A stretch of DNA of 64,000 bases from Lepidodermella squamata (lineage: Eukaryota > Animalia > Gastrotricha). Below the pieces are notes generated by a model. That model did not search any database. It was not told where the DNA came from and saw only the letters and a program-made list of their open reading frames with translations. The position numbers and the translations under genes are program-made. Below, piece after piece: positions 24,249 through 35,639 of the stretch (its first letter is position 1; every line of letters begins with the position of its first letter). The DNA lies in assembly GCA_047495785.1 (NCBI GenBank), contig JBLDXI010000003.1, positions 1,860,001 to 1,924,000 of the forward strand, written 5' to 3'.

Positions 24249-24758
24249 TTATGCCTCGACACAGTAACCTGTGTAGCCGAATCTGGTTTCATGGCCGTCA
24301 CATGTCCTGCAAGAGAAAATGATTACACAAATAATAGATTTCGCGGAAATGCAATGACATACAGGCCCTCGCAGCAGTAAATCATGCCGTCATCGCCGAC
24401 GTTCTTGGCAAAGAAAGTGTTGCCGCAATAACCCTTCAATGGAGAGCATTGGTCTTTCACGGTGTGGACATTTTTCGCCTCGATGCACAAGCCCATAACA
24501 CCGTAGCGAGTAAGGCGGCCAGAGCACACCCTGCGAAAAATGAACGCAGTTTCGATTATTAAGGGATTACGAAGCAACAAGTATAGACTCTTACAATCCA
24601 TTGCAGCATGAGTCGAAATAGTCGGAACCATTCTCGCACGGTCCGCCGATGCACGCTGTGCACGATTTCCCCAATGCCCCGCATGTGTTCTGGTGAACGA
24701 AAGCATCGACGGCCGCGATGAGAGCCAAAGTCGCAAAAATCACCAAAAATCGAGCCAT
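24249..24758 (-). CDS. Secreted double-knottin (two ICK-like domains), 129 aa; exons 24758-24595, 24530-24363, 24306-24249
   Basis: Spliced translation: MARFLVIFATLALIAAVDA FVHQNTCGALGKSCTACIGGPCENGSDYFDSCCNGLVCSGRLTRYGVMGLCIEAKNVHTVKDQCSPLKGYCGNTFFAKNVGDDGMIYCCEGLTCDGHETRFGYTGYCVEA. The C-C-CC-C-C framework occurs twice. Confidence 0.85.
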
Positions 24759-25155
24759 ATTTTGTACGAAGAGTCAAGTGGTATGTTCTGCTAGCTTGTT
24801 ACTTTCCGCTTTCATTCGCTCATATTTATAGTGTTCTTTATCTTAATGTTGGGTGGTTTAATCGGGCAATTCCCCTCGATTCTCGCACTTTATGATTAAT
24901 TGGGAGGTTTTTTTTATTATAAGGGTAGAAATAACTGAGGTTATCTGCGTTCAAGTAGATAAGAAAAACAAAAGCGCCCGCAAACACGCATTCTTTTTTG
25001 ATCCTGAGTTGGACAATGGTTTGGTTCGGACTATAGCTTCTGGAATCTGGAAAACAGCTTTCAATTCCTATACCCTATATTATGATTTATGAATTCGGAT
25101 ATTCCCGTTTTTTATGAAATGAAATCGTACACTGGAATTGTGTGTTCTTTTTGAC

Positions 25156-27869
25156 CTATGACACAATCAGAGCCGATAGAATAACAGTCATCAAAATAGC
25201 CATCAGAGTTATCCCACCAAAGACGCCAATATCAATGATTCGAATAACAGGAATCTTGAGTTGCCGGCTTTGATGGCCTACAGTAACTTTCCTTCTTAAA
25301 CGTTTGAGTCTCGACAGATCTGACGTGACGAGAGAGTAAAACGTGCAGGCAACTCCTATAATTCGATATCCATTTAGAATCACGCTAACATAAGCAATCT
25401 CAGATGTTCGCGGCAGGGAATCACTAATCGTTGAATAGAGAACGGCATTTGCCAACACAACTATGGAAAAACAATAATCATAGTTGTTAATTGATCGATG
25501 GATTCGAACCTGTGACACAATACGCTGCCCTGTCATTCTCCTCAGGTGGCATGAACCCGGCTCCAAGTAAGAGGACCAGTAAGCAGATCGATGGGAGGAA
25601 TATGTTGAGGACGTAGACTTCAGTCTTCCGTCTGAGGTGGAATTTGAAGTAGAAGCGGTCGAAACTCGACGCAGGATTGTTGCCATAAACTGCTATCTCG
25701 TGCTTGTAACTGGTATTATCGAGAATCCACAGTTCAGCCTCGCCTATGAAAGTTGTCTTGTTCGCAAATATCCCGTCAATAGTCCACAATCTCTGCCATC
25801 TTCGTGAATGGAAGGATTCAAAGTGGAGGGAACAAACTTGCAGATCGAACGGGAATTTTCTCAAACTTAGAATGTTATCGTCCGGTGGTACAAAAATTAT
25901 CGATACAATAACAATGTTATTGTACTGGCCAAAATACACATAACATGCGTTTAACGTGGATTTTTTTATTTTATTAGTCAAATTGCCCAACTCGACCACT
26001 CACCCCCTGACTGTACTAGCCAAAAGAACACGCATTTTTCTTATTTCTTAACTAGTTTTGTTTTAATAAATAAGGCATAGAGAATAGAGTTAGAATAGAA
26101 TAGAATAGAATAGAGGTAACTCTATTCTCTATGAAATAAGGAAAAGCCCGGCATTTTTGCTCTAAGAGATGCAAATCATTATTGCAGTATCATTACTTTA
26201 TTGAAATTGTCAAAATTTTCAAAACGTATGGCATCGTGGCAAAGGTCCATAAGAGGGCGGAACTGAAAGGGTGATGTAGTTGTCCACATTTCCGTTCGAC
26301 TCAGCTACTAGCTTGCATTGTTGATTGCTCGCGTTGGGATCATCCAAAGGCTGCTCCGTCTCCGAACTAGGAGAAGGGCGAGGCTGCTCCAGCTTCAACA
26401 TTCGATAATTGAAAAGAGCACTAATTGACGCATCGCCCTTTAGGGTGTTACTTCATTTGGCATCAACTAGTCCACCCGGTACATTTCCACACGCAGTGGC
26501 CGGGGAGAATTTTCTTAATCCCGGCTTGCGACACTGCGTTCTTCACCAAAGCATCGATTGAATGCTCGCCCAACTTCACCCGCTTGTATAGCGCTCTTTT
26601 GATCCTATTCGCAGTTCGGAATTGAACTTCTTCCAAAAAACCGATTGTTAGGCGCGGACAGCGTTATAGTCCAGCAGGAAGACCGGCAACAAGACACAAT
26701 CGACTGCCTGGAACAGCGTACGCTCTTGGTCCGCTTCTTCACCTTCTTCTTCAGCTTCTTCAGCTTCTTCAGCCACGGGTTCTAATGAGGCTGTCTCACA
26801 TAAGCAATTTTCCGTTAAAGGAACCGCAAAAATGATGCGTGAATTAAATCGCGGGATCGAAAAATGAATAAATAGCAATGATTTTTGCAAAACGTTAGTG
26901 AAAATATTAGGCTGGATTTTTTAATTTTAGAAATTGACCTTGCTGTCTAGCTATCCTACCCGGTCCGGCTCGTTTTGTCCCACCGAACGATAACATACAT
27001 AGTGGATTCGCGTCGAACATAACGCGTTATAGTACTCCACTCGAGGCTGGCTCGCTTTCGCGAGCCGGACGCCTCTCGGCCAATATCGGAGTACTATAAC
27101 GCGTTATGTTCGACGCGAATCCAATATATACTATTATTCATGTCTGCTGATTAATCGATATTATAGTGATATAGTTACTTAAGACTGCAGAAGGAGTCGA
27201 ATGTTGTAACAATGTACCATACAACTCGACCATCGCTATTGAACTCGATTGGGGTTATCGAAGCAATACTAAAAATGGGTACTAAGCTCGTATCTAAGTA
27301 CTAGCTTCACTTATAAGGTACTACCTTTCTAGGAGATTGACATCTTGGATAGTATTTAAGTGTTGAATGTAAGGATGCCAAGTTTGCTGAGCTGGGATTT
27401 GAACGTTATCGACATCGAACTCGCTATCGCTCCATCTCGCGCAAGGATGCTCCCATGACAGATCCAACTCAGCGATCAAGCTGAATCTGAGAATGGTTAA
27501 TAATAAGTTATAATAAAATAATGAGCGTCATAGTGACATTTTGAGACCACATTTTTGTACTAAATCTTTATAGCTGACTCATGCTCTAAAATTGGCTTTT
27601 GTAGTTTGCAATTTCACCCACGTTTGAAGATAGTCGTCCAGTTTCCGGAAACTGATTCCGGTGAAGGTGAGACTGACATTGATGGGCGAGCGGAAAGTTT
27701 TTACAGGCCGCGAAATCGAATACACGTTACATTGGGAACTCAAGAATTTTTTAACCGCCTCTTCGTCGGGAATGTAGTTTGGAAGAGCAGTTGAATTAAA
27801 ATCTGACAGGACAACATCAGCAAGCAGTGCAAAAGAGAATATAACTGATGGGCTTTTGATAGGCTGCAT
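25156..27869 (-). CDS. Cys-loop ligand-gated ion channel subunit (nAChR-like, non-alpha), copy 1, 5 exons
   Basis: Signal peptide, SRPVK, WHPYI, spliced Cys-loop CSLNLRKFPFDLQVC, FHLRRK-M1, M2 DRAAYCVTVVLA, LPRTS, short M3-M4 loop. Intron 3 (25866-27178) is expanded by insertions. Confidence 0.85.
26076..26133. mobile_element. 58-bp P-superfamily-like transposon footprint with exact 8-bp TSD (aaataagg)
   Basis: catagagaatagagtta...taactctattctctatg perfect 17-bp inverted ends with (GAATA)n filler; TSD at 26068-26075 and 26134-26141. Confidence 0.75.
26219..26640 (-). mobile_element. Degraded tyrosine-recombinase (Crypton/DUF3504-like) coding relic inside the channel intron
   Basis: Minus-strand translation YKRVKLGEHSIDALVKNAVSQAGIKKILPGHCVW resembles the Y...G...I....K.....AG.....NHS.R box; interrupted by stops. 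Confidence 0.45.
27003..27123. repeat. Perfect 36-bp inverted repeat with a nested GC hairpin, probable element terminus
   Basis: tggattcgcgtcgaacataacgcgttatagtactcc (27003-27038) and its reverse complement (27088-27123); inner ggctcgc-tttc-gcgagcc. Confidence 0.85.
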
Positions 27870-28364
27870 TACATCTTTGAAACAACAGCTAGTAGCCTGG
27901 TAGATAATATAATGAGAGAGCAAATAATTATTCTCGCGTTTATTGACAATGTTTTTGTTCAGTAAATATATGTATTCGCATTTTCTCTTCAGTTTTGTCT
28001 AATCATTGATTACCCGGAATCGATAGGCTAAACCATCGCACCATTAAAATGATCGACAAATAAGCCAAACCGTATTCTATCCCCATACACCGCGCAAATT
28101 TTCCGTTCAGAGAAGGGACTAAAACGCTAATTACAAATAACAAATACAGTGAAACGTTATCGATAAGTTACGGATCCGACTACGGTTTACGGTTCCGAAG
28201 AAAGCATTCGACCTAAAGAGAGCGACCCGTGCATGATTCCACGAAAAGTGTTACACGTGGGAGAGATTCGAGATGTCAGTTATCGATAACAGGTTTAGAG
28301 ATAAAACCGATCGATCCTGTGTAAATTGATATATCAGGAAGATTCGTTAACGATAAGGACATCG

Positions 28365-28471
28365 TAATTTCGTAATTTTCGCAGTCATCAACCTGGCGAT
28401 TCTCTCCTACTTTGCTTCGTCGAGTTTTGCACCCTTGAAAGGCCCGCGTATAGCCAAGCGTTGGAATGCTT
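28365..28471 (+). pseudogene. 5' fragment of CX9C member E (signal peptide to KRWNA, then stop)
   Basis: Near-identical to ~22897-23003; no ATG and truncated at aatgct tga. Confidence 0.8.
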
Positions 28472-28656
28472 GAAATAACCGAATAAAATTGTTAGGTATT
28501 GAATTAAATGAAGTTTTGTCCCGCATTAAGAATTTTCTATTTATTTTAGATATCGGGATTTTTATTTATTGTCGGCCATCTTTTCAAGGCTTGATGAAAA
28601 GAAAAAATATATCAAGTCTCTCCGATGAACAAGTCAATGTTTCTTCAAGCGTATCT

Positions 28657-28969
28657 TCAAGATAATGCCTCGGCGTGAACATTTTTCGCCTCGGCGCACA
28701 AGCCCATAACACCGTAGCGAGTAAGGCGGCCAGAGCACACCCTGCGAAAGATGAACGCAGTTTCGATTTTTAAGGGATTACGAAGCAACAAGTATAGACT
28801 CTTACAATCCATTGCAGCATGAGTCGAAATAGTCGGAACCATTCTCGCACGGTCCGCCGATGCACGCTGTGCACGATTTCCCCAATGCGCCGCATGTGCT
28901 CTGGTGAACGAATGCATCGACGGCCGCAATGAGAGCCAGAGTCGCAAAAATCACCAAAAATCGAGCCAT
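28657..28969 (-). CDS. Secreted single-knottin paralog (82 aa; exons 28969-28806, 28741-28657)
   Basis: Almost identical to domain 1 of the 24.5-kb gene; ends ...GLCAEAKNVHAEALS*. Confidence 0.8.
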
Positions 28970-29999
28970 CTTTTGTGCAGAGAATCTAGTGATATGATGC
29001 TTTGAAAGGTTAATACTCTTTGTTTCGATTCACTCATATTTATACTGTTCGTTATCTTACTGCTAGGTGGTTTAATCGGTCAATTGCCCTCGATTCTTCC
29101 ACTGTATGATTAATTGCTAGGTTTTTTCATTATTAGGATAGAAATAATTGAGGTTATCTGTGTTTAGGTTGATAAGAAAAACAAGCGCCCGCAACCACGG
29201 ATGTCTCGAAAAACAGCATTCTTTATCGAACCACTATAGAACTGTTAATTGGTGCTGAGGGTAGAGAAAAACTCGGGCAAAGCTGGGAAAGGACTCAGCG
29301 GCAGCGCGACACTGGTCGCGAATGTGTCGCGCGACAACCAGCACCTTGCATTTAGATCAGAATAGTTTAGTCATTTTTGCTGATTTTGGCTAACTTTTGC
29401 CTTAGATTTAGAATTCTTGGACGCTAAAAGAGTGAACTTTACGCCCTCGAATTGATAAGAAAAATGAGAGCGGATGATGTCTCGAAAATATCATTTTTAC
29501 CGGCAACCCTTGCAACTTTGAGCGCATGCCACGCAAAAACCCCTCGATAGGCGTGCCTTTTCGGCTACTTTTTCAGGAAGGTATTCGCTTCGATTCGCCA
29601 ATTTGAACCGCGCGGATATCTGCTACGGTTATCGCAGGGCAGACTTCAAAGTAGACCAAAAAGCTGTTTTTTCGAGAATTTTCAAGGCAGAGACCGTGGG
29701 GACTATGGCGATAAAACTTAGCATCTAAAGATTAGTAATCGCGGGCAGCTTGTAATCGAAAGTGAAATTTCAATGCTTTCTTAAAGTAAATATGTATCTT
29801 AGATTAATCTTAGATCTGAACGATATCGATATTCAGTAAAATTCCCAAATGGTAGATCCCCATGGTTACAGAAAAAAGCGTGAAATGTTCGAACATGTAC
29901 CTGTTTTAAGTTTTACCGGATTACGGTAGCCTGATCGCGGGCAGCTTGTAATCGAAAGTGAAATTTCAATGCTTTATTAAAGTAAATAACAATAATTTT

Positions 30000-30915
30000 T
30001 ACATCGATGCATACCTGGAACTAGGATCTATGCAATGGTTCATTTCATTTAGCAAAAGGTTGTGTTGTTTTTGAGAATCAGCGTCCCCCGTGTAAAATCG
30101 ACGCCAGGAAGCTTGCACAATGGCGAGATGCTGGTTTTGCGGTTGAATTTATTGTTAATCGGCCATTTTTTCTGTGATCGAAACAACACGCGATCAATTT
30201 CTACATTTTTTGCCTCTCTGGTCTCCCCGAACAATTTATAAGGCATTTGATAGGAAGTTTCGAGTCCATCTATACTATTAGTCCCAAGTCGATATCACTC
30301 TGTCGTTTTTTTAAAAATATTTCGATATAGCTTTTTGTTGAAGTCGATTATCTTAAACGCTGTTTTTAGAGGCACGTCATTGTCCTCGAACTTGAGCCGT
30401 AGGTAGTATCTAACAGCTGTTTTTTGTCAACATCAATTTAGGCGGTTCCAGTAAAATTCACGTTCGTGCCGAGGTAGGAATCCGGCAGAGCTGTTTCACA
30501 AAAAGCGTATTTAATGGAAATATTTTGTTCTTTTTTGTTTGGCCCCAGAAACTTTCAGCATATGTGTAATTTCCAACCAAATAGGAGTTGTATAGAATAT
30601 TGAACGTTTTTGGAGGCAGATAAGTGGTAAAACGGTCGATCATATTAGGCACTAGGGCGGCAACTCTTTTGGTATTCGCATTGATTACTTCAACCATTTT
30701 ATCAAAGTTAAGATTATGAGTAAAATAGACCCCAAGGTATTTAAATTCCTTGACTCTTTCAAGCTCCGTACCATTCAGATTGCATTTTATATCAATTTAG
30801 GTGAATCTTTCTTCAAAAATCATAATTTTAGTCTTTTCAACATTAATTTTAAGTGAATTCTCGTCGACGTAGGTAGTTAATGCGCCTAGCATACTTTGTA
30901 GCTGAGCTGGGGCAA
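30000..30915 (-). mobile_element. Degraded non-LTR retrotransposon (RT C-terminal part)
   Basis: LQSMLGALTTYVDENSLKINVEKTKIMIF...ERVKEFKYLGVYFTHNLNF, with frameshifts and stops. Confidence 0.8.
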
Positions 30916-31235
30916 TATAAATGAATAAAACATGATAATTGAACTTTCTTGGTGTCGTCGAGCGAATCGTAACCACGACGTTATACGAATGAAGTAGAGT
31001 TGCTCATTGAGTGCGACCGATCGACGAGAATGCTACGCCGCAATCTTGCAATTTTAGCTATTATCAATTTTAATGAGAAAATGCACCAGCCCCATCATAT
31101 GGTGTATCGATTTATATCGCATTATATTATTTGATAGGATTCAAAACTTTGCCAGCATGGCATCATGGTGTCACACCTATTTATCCTATTTCGTAAATCT
31201 AATGTCGCGGAAAATTCCTAATCCGGGCGACTCGG

Positions 31236-31380
31236 GTGCGCGCATCTTTTCCTTGCACAACTTGTCTTTGCACAACTAACGTCTTTGCACAAGTCGAATT
31301 TGCACATTTGCTTGCACAAATAAGTTTGTACATCTCAACCTTTGCTCAAGTTAGTTTTGCCCATAATTCGGTGCACATCT
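31236..31380. repeat. Cluster of TTGCACA(A) motifs, likely MITE subterminal repeats
   Basis: Five or more spaced ttgcaca units plus variants immediately upstream of the MACPF gene. Confidence 0.5.
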
Positions 31381-31526
31381 ACCACCAACCCTTTTCACCG
31401 CCTGTCTCATCGCTCTACTTGTTAGTTCAAAATTAGCGACCCGCGTTGAAACCATGCATTTTTGTACCGATTTTTATACAATAGTATATTTTTCGAAATA
31501 AGTAAAAATAACAATAATCGGAAGTG

Positions 31527-33551
31527 ATGGAGTCGATAGAAGTAATCATCATGGAAAATCAGACGTCTAGGACAATCTCTGCGCTCGAAAGCTCGGCGTC
31601 TGCTGAGAATGAGTCACTCAACCCTAGACGATGGATTCGGAAACGATGGATTACGATACGGGAGAAAGTAAAAGATGCATTCGAATGTGGGAGAAAGTAC
31701 TACCCGTTGGCACTTTCGATATGTACACTCCTACTAATTTTCATTTGCCTCGGAGTCTTGGGAGGAATTCACTCATCTATGAAGCTATTGATTGCAACGG
31801 GAGGGGCCACAGTTGCGTTTAAGGAAGGAGAGGATTGCCAGTTAGAGGAAGGCACGGAGAAAATACCGCTATTTCCGAATACTGGCTATCTCGGTATGGG
31901 TTACGATCTTTTATTTGGCAACCCGCATCCAACAACAGGCATCGATCCCGGGTTCCGATCGCCCATCTTCAGCTTTTCAAACTATTGCAACGATCTCACA
32001 TCGGATAAGCGCTATCGTACACCACCAAAAGTTTCCATCTCGTCAGCTGTATCGTGTCAGCTCGATTTCGATGTCTCAGTCAGCAGCAGCATAAACGAAT
32101 ACCTAAGTTCACTCGAGCGATCGGTGACGACGTCGTATGGCGCCGAATTTTCGCTTTCATCGTATTTCGAAGCGAAAATGGCGTTTACAGCAAGTCGTGA
32201 TTATAAAAAAGTTCACGAAGAAATCATGAAACAAAGCAGTTACGTGGCAGAAACTGCAGCCACATGTTCGGTCTACCTTGCCCAACTCAACTATTTCGAC
32301 GCGCCGAAGTTGACACAAGATTTCGTCACTGGTGTCAAGAATTTGCCGACTCGGGCCACGTCGGGCAACGAAACGAGAGCCGATAATAAGCGAATCTACG
32401 GCAAATTCTTTGCTGCCTACGGAACTTCAGTTATCACGCGAATGACAATGGGAGCTGTCTACGGCGAGCGGTTTGCCATTTCGACACAAAACTGGCGAAA
32501 AATGACATCTGAAAAATGGGACTTTGCCAAAACGGCTTCGTACTCGGCGAAGGTGCGCCTTTTCTCCGCAAAAGGTTCTGCTTCTGTTTCTAAGACTGAT
32601 ACATCCAATGATCTACAGCAAGCAAGCGACACCTTTGACAAAATGGTTTCATCGCGATCGATATTCACGATAGGAGCCAAGCCCTCGGGCAATCTCAGCG
32701 TTGAATCGTGGCTCGTTGATACCCTCAATGAACCGCTACCAATAGCTATGCACTTGGAATCCATTGCCAGTTTACTGACTAGAAAGGCTTTCCCTGACGA
32801 TGAGAAAATCGACGAGCGTAGAATCGCCTTGGAAGTGGCACTTAATGAGTACTGCCGGAGTTACCTGCAGCCCAATGGCGCAGTCTTTTACTGTGGATCA
32901 CAGGGCCAGAGTCCTTATCTTTATTTCGGGAATGAATTCAAATTACGCTATGCCCAAAATTCGTTACTTCTAGGCTCGCCACAGATAAGGAGGGAAAATC
33001 AGCAAAGTTCATCTGTTGCTTGCATTAACCGTGCCGATCTCCTAGACTGGCAAGCATTACTTCACGAATATAGAATGTGTGAGATTAATCTGAAGAAAGC
33101 ATGGAATAACGAAGTATCATATAACCACCCTGTGCTGTCACCTGTCGCCTTACCACACGTCATGACGCTTGCCAGCAATCCGAATACATTCAGAGTTCTA
33201 CGTGATGGCGACGTTGTGCGCATAAAAACTACCTGGGTGCCGGCTTTCGAACAAAGCCTGTGGTTGTCATACCAGGAGGCGAACCCCGCGTTTGCTCGGC
33301 CTCGCGGAACCGGCGTATACGAGGATTATGCTGAAGCAAGTCTCCAGCAACAATGGCAGATCCACAAATGCAAGCCAGATCTGACAGCTGAATCGCCCGA
33401 GCCCTTGCTTCCCGGCGATTGTATCTACATCCAAAACATGGCCTGGAGAGATGCTTGGCTGTGGAGCTATGCCGAATTTCAGCACCGGGCAGCTGTCGGA
33501 GTCGGAAATGCGGCTGAAAAGCCTAGGTGGTTCCTGGAGGCTGTCGATTGA
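31527..33551 (+). CDS. Intronless MACPF (perforin-like) protein with N-terminal TM/signal anchor and C-terminal beta-rich domain
   Basis: GYLGMGYDLLFGNPHPTTGIDPGFRSPIF and MACPF signature YGKFFAAYGTSVITRMTMGAVYG; TM ALSICTLLLIFICLGVLGGI. Confidence 0.85.
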   Translation: MESIEVIIMENQTSRTISALESSASAENESLNPRRWIRKRWITIREKVKDAFECGRKYYPLALSICTLLLIFICLGVLGGIHSSMKLLIATGGATVAFKEGEDCQLEEGTEKIPLFPNTGYLGMGYDLLFGNPHPTTGIDPGFRSPIFSFSNYCNDLTSDKRYRTPPKVSISSAVSCQLDFDVSVSSSINEYLSSLERSVTTSYGAEFSLSSYFEAKMAFTASRDYKKVHEEIMKQSSYVAETAATCSVYLAQLNYFDAPKLTQDFVTGVKNLPTRATSGNETRADNKRIYGKFFAAYGTSVITRMTMGAVYGERFAISTQNWRKMTSEKWDFAKTASYSAKVRLFSAKGSASVSKTDTSNDLQQASDTFDKMVSSRSIFTIGAKPSGNLSVESWLVDTLNEPLPIAMHLESIASLLTRKAFPDDEKIDERRIALEVALNEYCRSYLQPNGAVFYCGSQGQSPYLYFGNEFKLRYAQNSLLLGSPQIRRENQQSSSVACINRADLLDWQALLHEYRMCEINLKKAWNNEVSYNHPVLSPVALPHVMTLASNPNTFRVLRDGDVVRIKTTWVPAFEQSLWLSYQEANPAFARPRGTGVYEDYAEASLQQQWQIHKCKPDLTAESPEPLLPGDCIYIQNMAWRDAWLWSYAEFQHRAAVGVGNAAEKPRWFLEAVD

Positions 33552-33850
33552 CGAGCTTGCACAATCAATTATTAGGGCTGGAATCTGTCAATGATTTATC
33601 TGACCATAAACATCTGACTTTAATTTGCACAGTGCACAGAAAGAAAACGTGTTTTTAGGACTGGCGATGTACAAGCTGTTTGTATATATATTTATATATA
33701 ATACATGTCATAAATCTCTGATGATCAGCATTATTGTATCATGATTTAACAGAATTACTAATGATGACGTTTGTTTGAAATTCGATTCCGCCAAAGTCAA
33801 TTTAGGCTCCGCTAAAAGGTCTGACCTGCTCCGCTATTCTGTAATAGTTA

Positions 33851-34330
33851 TTAACAATACAGGATAGTATTGCCCTCCTTAGTTGTTAACAGTTTTATAC
33901 GCGTAAACGTTGATATCACGTCAGATTTTCGCGCGCCCTTCAGCCAAGCGAGGCACGACTTGTTGCTAGCACTGCTGTCTTTGCTTTTCGAGAACCCGGT
34001 GTAAGTGCAGGCAACGATTCGATACAGGCAACAGCCGCCACACTTGAGAGACAGCGCCATGACGTAGTCGACCAACAGAATGCGCCTCGACGTCTTCGGA
34101 ATCTGGTCCATGATAGTTTGCTGCGTGACTGTTACTGCCAGCAGGATGGTCATGGACAAAGATGGTCGATCGGGGCCCTTCGGCGGCATGACAAAAGACC
34201 CAAGTTCAACAAAAGACATCATCAACAAGATAACAAGATTCGTGATATAAAAACCCGCATTACCTAGCAAAAGTCACGCTGTAGAAGACAGAACTCGTCG
34301 GCTGGGCCTTGTAAGTGGTTTCAGCCAGGA
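33851..34330 (-). pseudogene. Orphan TM-region fragment of a different Cys-loop receptor subunit
   Basis: FYITNLV...SFVMPPKGPDRPSLSMTILLAV...QIPKTS (M1-M3). No extracellular-domain exons upstream; abuts the duplicated block at ~34355. Confidence 0.7.
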
Positions 34331-34742
34331 AAACAGCCGACGTGACATATTCCCTCTTCAGCTTTGTCTAATCATTGATTACCCGGAATCGATAGGTTAA
34401 ACTATCGCACCATTAAAATGATCGACAAATAAGCCAAACCGTATTCTATCCAAATATACACAGCGTAAATTAGCCCGAAAATACAATTGACTCCGTTCAA
34501 AGAAGGGACTAAAACGATAATGACAAATAACAAATACAGCGAAACGTTATCGGTAAGGACTACGGTTTACGGTTCCGAAGAAAGCATTCGACCTAAAGAG
34601 AGCGACCCGTGCATGATTCCACGAAAAGTGTTACACGTGGGAGAGATTCGAGATGTCAGTTATCAAAACAAGTTTCGGGATAAAACCGATCGATCCTGTG
34701 TAAATTGATATTTCAGGATGATTCGATAAACGAGGACATCGC

Positions 34743-34849
34743 AATTTCGTAATTTTCGCAATTATTAACATGGCGATTCTCTCCTATTTTGCTTCGTCGA
34801 GTTTTGCACCCGTGAAAAGGCCCGCGTATAGCCAAGCGTTGGAATGCTT
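34743..34849 (+). pseudogene. Second 5' fragment of CX9C member E
   Basis: Same truncation point as 28365-28471, plus a 1-bp insertion (gtgaaaagg). Confidence 0.8.
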
Positions 34850-35034
34850 GAAATAACCGAATAAAATTGTTAGGTATTGAATTAAATGAAGTTTGGTCCC
34901 GCATTAAGAATTTTCCATTTATTTTAGATATCGGGATTTTTATTTATTGTCGGCCATCTTAGCAAGGCTTGATGAAGAGAAGAAATATATCAAGTCTCTC
35001 CGTTGAACAAGTCAATGATTCTTCAAGCGTATCC

Positions 35035-35160
35035 TCAAGGTAATACCTCTGCGTGAACATTTTCCGCCTTGCCGCACAAGCCCTCAACACCGTAGCGAGT
35101 ACGGCGGCCAGAGCACACCCTGCGAAAAATGAACGCAGTTTCGATTAATAAGAGATTACA
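35035..35160 (-). pseudogene. Knottin copy 3, exon 1 deleted
   Basis: Exon 2 VCSGRRTRYGVEGLCGKAENVHAEVLP* is retained; intron 1 is fused directly to upstream sequence. Confidence 0.8.
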
Positions 35161-35639
35161 AGTTTTTTCATTATTAGGATAGAAATAATTGGGGTTATCT
35201 GCGTTCAAGTTGATAAGAAAAACAAGCGCCCGCAACCACGGATGTCTCGAAAAACCACTATATTGTACCACTATAGAACAGCTGGGAATGGACTTTTCGC
35301 GAATGTGTCGCGCGACAACAACCACCTTGCATTTTGGCTTACTTTTCTCAGATGAAATTCTTCGAATCCTTCTAAGCTAAAAGAGGTTAGCCGAAAACAT
35401 GACGCGCTCTAATTGATAAGAAAAACAAGCACCCGCAAACACGGATGTCTCGAAAACGACCTTCATTTTTGATCCTGCGTTGGGCATTGGATCATTTGTT
35501 CGGACGATACGTGAAGAAAGCTTGTTCACCTTTCAACCTGTTCCACCTGTTTTTCTGTACCTCAGACGATTTATTAAGAGAATCATTCTATGTTTTGAAA
35601 TAAAGTCGTTCGGTGGTTCAATTCTTTCTGACCGACGAC

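Larger units (their letters stand above)
34354..35250. repeat. Segmental duplicate of ~27985-29210 (channel upstream region + member-E fragment + knottin)
   Basis: Long, highly similar stretches in the same order, with an internal deletion. Confidence 0.9.

Noticed and set aside
24323-24777. ORF-track proteins MRLWLSSR... and MTLRTKY...
   Set aside because: Wrong frame through exon 1 and the intron. The spliced knottin explains the region; the same applies to 28657-28947.
25866-27178. Channel copy 1 as a TE-disrupted pseudogene
   Set aside because: The insertion lies inside an intron with intact GT/AG sites and the Cys-loop splices in frame.
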